Shown: in pieces, positions 60,459 to 64,000 of the stretch | Position numbering within the stretch: position 1 is the first letter of the stretch | How the letters are laid out: each line of letters begins with the position of its first letter | Assembly: GCF_018350175.1 (NCBI RefSeq) | Contig: NC_058373.1 | Span: forward strand, 109,928,001 to 109,992,000 | Source: Felis catus | Lineage: Eukaryota | Direction: 5' to 3' | Length of the DNA: 64,000 bases | Translations under genes and position numbers: made by a program | The notes under the pieces: model-generated | What the model was told of the DNA's origin: nothing | Databases searched by the model: none | What the model saw: the letters and a program-made list of their open reading frames with translations, nothing else

Positions 60459-60809
60459 GAATAGACTGAGGCCGTTCTTGTGCAGGCCTTCTGTATTTTA
60501 ACAAGGGCCTTCCCTACCTTCCAGGTGATCCTGAAGTCTAGACCACGCTATTAGAAATACTGACCCAGATGGTAAAGGTCATCTAATCTCAAATCCTCAT
60601 TTTACAAAGGGTCCAGAAAGGTTAGATGACTCGATCAAGGTTTGGTAGCTAATTTGCACATCTGCTCTCTTACTCCCTTACTCTTACTCAAAGAACCAGG
60701 AGTCCAGGAAGGTTAGAGAAGTTCCTAGATGAAATCCGGCAGAAACGCTTTTTTGGGAGTTTGTGACATTCTTCCTACCCCCAGTCGTTAACCTGCTTTC
60801 TGAGTTAGC

Positions 60810-61880
60810 ATCTCCCCGCCCCCCTCTCTGACGTCCCAAAACCTGGGAAGAAAGTTGCCAGGCCACGGCGGCCGCGGGGCCTGCGAGGTGGGAGGCGGGC
60901 GGCCCCGCCTCCGGTGCTCTCGGGCTAGCTCCACACTGGCCGCGGAGCGGCGAGCGCGGGACTCAGCGGCAGGCGGCGGGCGGGGAAGGCGCGGGGCGTG
61001 GTTTTCAGCTTTCCGAGCGCCAAGGAGCGGAGCGCGCTCTGCTGAGCCCCGAGCCTTCTGGACCGAAAAAGCGGACGGGAGGACGAGTAAAAGGCGCGAT
61101 CGAGGGAGCAAGGCAAGCAGGGCGTCGACCCGGGCCCGCCCCAGCCCGCGCCCTCGCCCCTCGCCAGGCCAGCGGCGGGTGAGCGCGGCCGCGGGCCCCC
61201 AGCACCCCGGTGCGCCCCGGAGAGAGCGGGCTGTGGCGGGGAGGGAGAGCGGGAGGGAGGGAGAGCGGGAGGGAGGGGAAGGGGCGGGGGCGAGGGAGGG
61301 AAAGGTCCCCGAGCAGAGTGCGGGGGACAGCAGGCACGAGAACCGACCCGATGTCGGGGTCCGAGCCAGGCCACCGGAAACTTTGCCCAGGTGGGGAGAG
61401 CGGGGTGCGTGGAGGGCGCCGCAAACTTGTCAGCGGGCGGGGCGCTCCGGGGATTGGAGCGAGCGCCAGCGGGTGGCGTTTGTCTCTCCGGCTTCTTTGT
61501 GTCACCTCCGGGCCCCAGCCCGCCGGTCCGCCCGGCTCAGAAAGGGGCTGCGCTGGGGGCTCGGCCCCGATCCCCCCTGCCGCCCCCTCCCGGCCCAGGC
61601 CCCAGCGCTCGGGATCCGCTGATTGTTTTCTTTCCTCGCGTCAAGCCTGGGCGGGAAAGATTTTGAACCCCGCGTGAGATAGAACGTGGAGAGCAGCGGC
61701 TCACAGATTGCCAAATCGTGGGCGGCGCGAGGCTCGCCCCGAGTCCCCGAGAACCCGCGGGCCGGGGCGCACCCGGGCTGGAGAGGGCGCGGGGACCCGC
61801 CGGCCCCTGCGCTCCAGGAACCGCGGCGGGCGCGGCAGCCAAGCGCCCCCGCGCCAGGGGCCGCTCGGACTGCTCGGATT
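60810..61880 (+). promoter_or_regulatory. CpG-island promoter of an unidentified gene
   Basis: Abrupt GC- and CpG-rich ~1.05 kb block; GC boxes (CCCCGCCCC ~60814, GGGGCGTGG ~60993); CRE-like TGACGTC at 60829-60835; no TATA. Confidence 0.9.
60950..61178 (+). other. Probable non-coding first exon (start approximate)
   Basis: Good 5' splice site CGG|GTGAGC with GT at 61179-61180; no ATG in the interval; G-rich tract follows. Confidence 0.45.
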
Positions 61881-63016
61881 ATAATTCCATTTTGATTGCT
61901 TGGGGTCTTTGTTGTCTGAAATTGCCTTGAGGGTCTGACGGTAGCACCTTTTCCTCCTTAGGTTATTTTCCTAATGTTAAAAAAAAAAAAAAAGCAGGGG
62001 GCGGGGAGAGTTGTGTGGAATCGGTGCTGCTCGAAACTACGTGAGCCACCTTATTAGATGGAGCTTGAGAAGTTCCGTGTAACATTTGCCTTTGTGGACG
62101 CTTGTTATTTCCGAAAGTTATTATTTTCCCCTCCCCTAATGGAAGGGAGCGTCTGACTGGATGCTAGCAGGCACGATTGTGTACAAGCACCAGCAAGTCA
62201 GAGCCAAACCGAGAGGCTTCTTTGTAGCCGCTCTATACTTCTGCATCTCTTTCTTTTTAGAAGTTCGTTTGATTTCAAGCAACTTTCATCTGCTGTTTTG
62301 AAAGTTTCCATAGCTCCGAAGTCCTCCTTGCAGATATTATATGGTTGTGCTAGGATGAGTTCGGCCGCGTGTAGGGTTGGGGGTTACAATTAAACATCTG
62401 AACCATACCTGGCCCTTTGCCGCTCTGGGTCCCTGCCATTGAGACCTTGTAAATATCGCCAGGAGAGGGTGTTCACCTTTTATGAGATGGAATATTTGGC
62501 GTGTTTTTGTACGTGAATGCATGACTCCTTCTTTAGTTTTATTTCTGGAAAACTGGTGAGACTTCCAGAGGCTTTTCCTGAGATAATTACTAAACGGTCT
62601 TAGCCCCGCCATTATGGCCCCCTGCCCCAAAGCACCACGAGGGAGAAGGGAGCAGGTGTAATCCTCATTAAGTTGTTGTTGGTTTTTTTTTTTTTTTTTT
62701 TGGTGATAAAGACTCTGGAGATGTCAAAATAAATAAAAAGTGGAAATTCTTAGTTCTTTGTTCACCTGTTTCAGTTCACTGAGCCTTATTTGAATTCAGT
62801 AAAAATAAAAATCAAACCAGTTTGGGTCAGCTTAACCTTGTACATTAAGATTACTAAAAAAAAAAAAAAGATCATGTGAGTTAAGTTCACCCAATTAGAA
62901 TTTTTACAGACATTTCAGTGCCTTGGTGCTGATTGTGTTTGCGGGATACTGCAGTATGTTTAGAGAACTGAGTCACAATGGGATTATTCTAGGTAGTGCC
63001 CTCAGTAGTTTAACAG

Positions 63017-63210
63017 TTTATTTATTTTTAATGTTTACTTTTGAGAAAGAGACAGAGTATGAGTGGGGGAGGGGCAGAGAGAGAGGGGGACCCAGAATCC
63101 GAAGCAGGCTTCAGGCTCAGAGCCTGACCCGGGCCTTGAACCCACAGACCACGAGATCATGACCTGAGCCGAAGTCAGATGCTTAACCCACTGAGCCACC
63201 CAGGTGCCCC
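63017..63210 (-). mobile_element. Can-SINE
   Basis: Reverse-complement consensus. Confidence 0.92.
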
Positions 63211-63349
63211 TATGGTAGCTTAACAATTTAAAGTAAAGCTCAAAAACAGAATCAGCCATGCCTTGATAAGTAAGGAACAGGGTGAAAAGCAATTGATTAA
63301 TTTGTCATTACTCATCATATGTTTTTAATATAGATTTTTAATAACTTCA

Positions 63350-63940
63350 CGAAATTATTCATTTACTCAAATAAGCTTTTACCATATGTCGGCCACTGTG
63401 CTGAAATCTGGAGTTGCAAACAAAAATAGTTACCATTTATGGAGTGCTTATTCTGTACCAGTAAATGCTTTGCATAGATTACCTCATTCACCTAATACAT
63501 ATTTATTGAGTGCCTACAGTGTATTGTGGTAGGTGCCGGAGTTAACAACAGCACGGGGACTGCTGTGGTTCCCGCCAGCAGCGGGGAAGATGTGGGGAAG
63601 ATCCACAGAACGTGAAAAACATTAGCAAACTAATTGCAGATTTTAAAATGTCCATCACATCGCACACTTCCCTGTTGAAAGCCCTTCAGTGGTTTCCCAT
63701 CCCTGAGTGGAAGGCAGACCTGACTGCGGGCCCAGAGCTTACCCACGTCTGGTCCTCCTCCTTCCCCAGTGCTCCACCTTTTTGCTGTACTTCTTCTTGC
63801 TCATACTTCTGCAGCCAAACCAGTTTCCTTGCTGTTTGAGGTTACCTTTGGACTTGCTGTTGCCTCTGCCTGGAATGCCCCCGGCCCAGCCCTCATTTCT
63901 GTCTGGCTCCCTCCCTGACCGCCTTCACTTCTTTCCTCAT
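63350..63940. mobile_element. L2/MIR fragments
   Basis: ATATTTATTGAGTGCCTAC, TACCATTTATGGAGTGCTTA, CTTGCTGTTGCCTCTGCCTGGAATGCCC. Confidence 0.75.
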
Positions 63941-63956
63941 TATTGTGTTTTCAGAA

Positions 63957-64000
63957 GGGCACCTGGGTGGCTCAGTGGGTTGAGCGGCCAACTCTTGATT
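63957..64000 (+). mobile_element. Can-SINE 5' end (cut by window edge)
   Basis: GGGCACCTGGGTGGCTCAGTGGGTTGAGCG. Confidence 0.9.

Noticed and set aside
60788..61930. Long overlapping ORFs (up to 255 aa) in the CpG island
   Set aside because: Stop-poor GC-rich DNA is open in many frames; the peptides are low-complexity R/G/P/A with mostly non-ATG starts and no recognisable domain.
20..63292. Dozens of short ORFs beginning MAQSVKR.. or ending ..EIMT
   Set aside because: They are translations of Can-SINE consensus in various frames, not genes.

Overview
Mammalian (felid, cat-like) genomic DNA. It is intergenic and repeat-rich, and ends in a CpG-island promoter (~60.8-61.9 kb) with a probable non-coding first exon on the + strand. 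I cannot name that gene. No cellular protein-coding exon is supported: the ORF track is explained by Can-SINE, LINE-1, LTR and GC-rich sequence. Contents: about 65 tRNA-derived Can-SINEs (SINEC_Fc-type); old and young L1 fragments, one with an uninterrupted ~387-codon ORF2 C-terminus; an ERV1-rich block at 1-14 kb (a decayed MER34-type provirus with nested LTRs, and four related carnivore solo LTRs with 4-bp TSDs); and MIR, L2 and hAT fossils. I found no convincing new biological system. The most interesting signals are mechanistic footprints (same-site re-insertion, tail-only insertions, a candidate SINE 3' transduction, a locally templated insertion, inverted-SINE deletions) and candidate regulatory motifs (divergent CTCF pair, NRF1-like microsatellite, G4). 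Repeat subfamily names come from memory of consensus sequences and need confirming with RepeatMasker/Dfam. Boundaries without a TSD are approximate.
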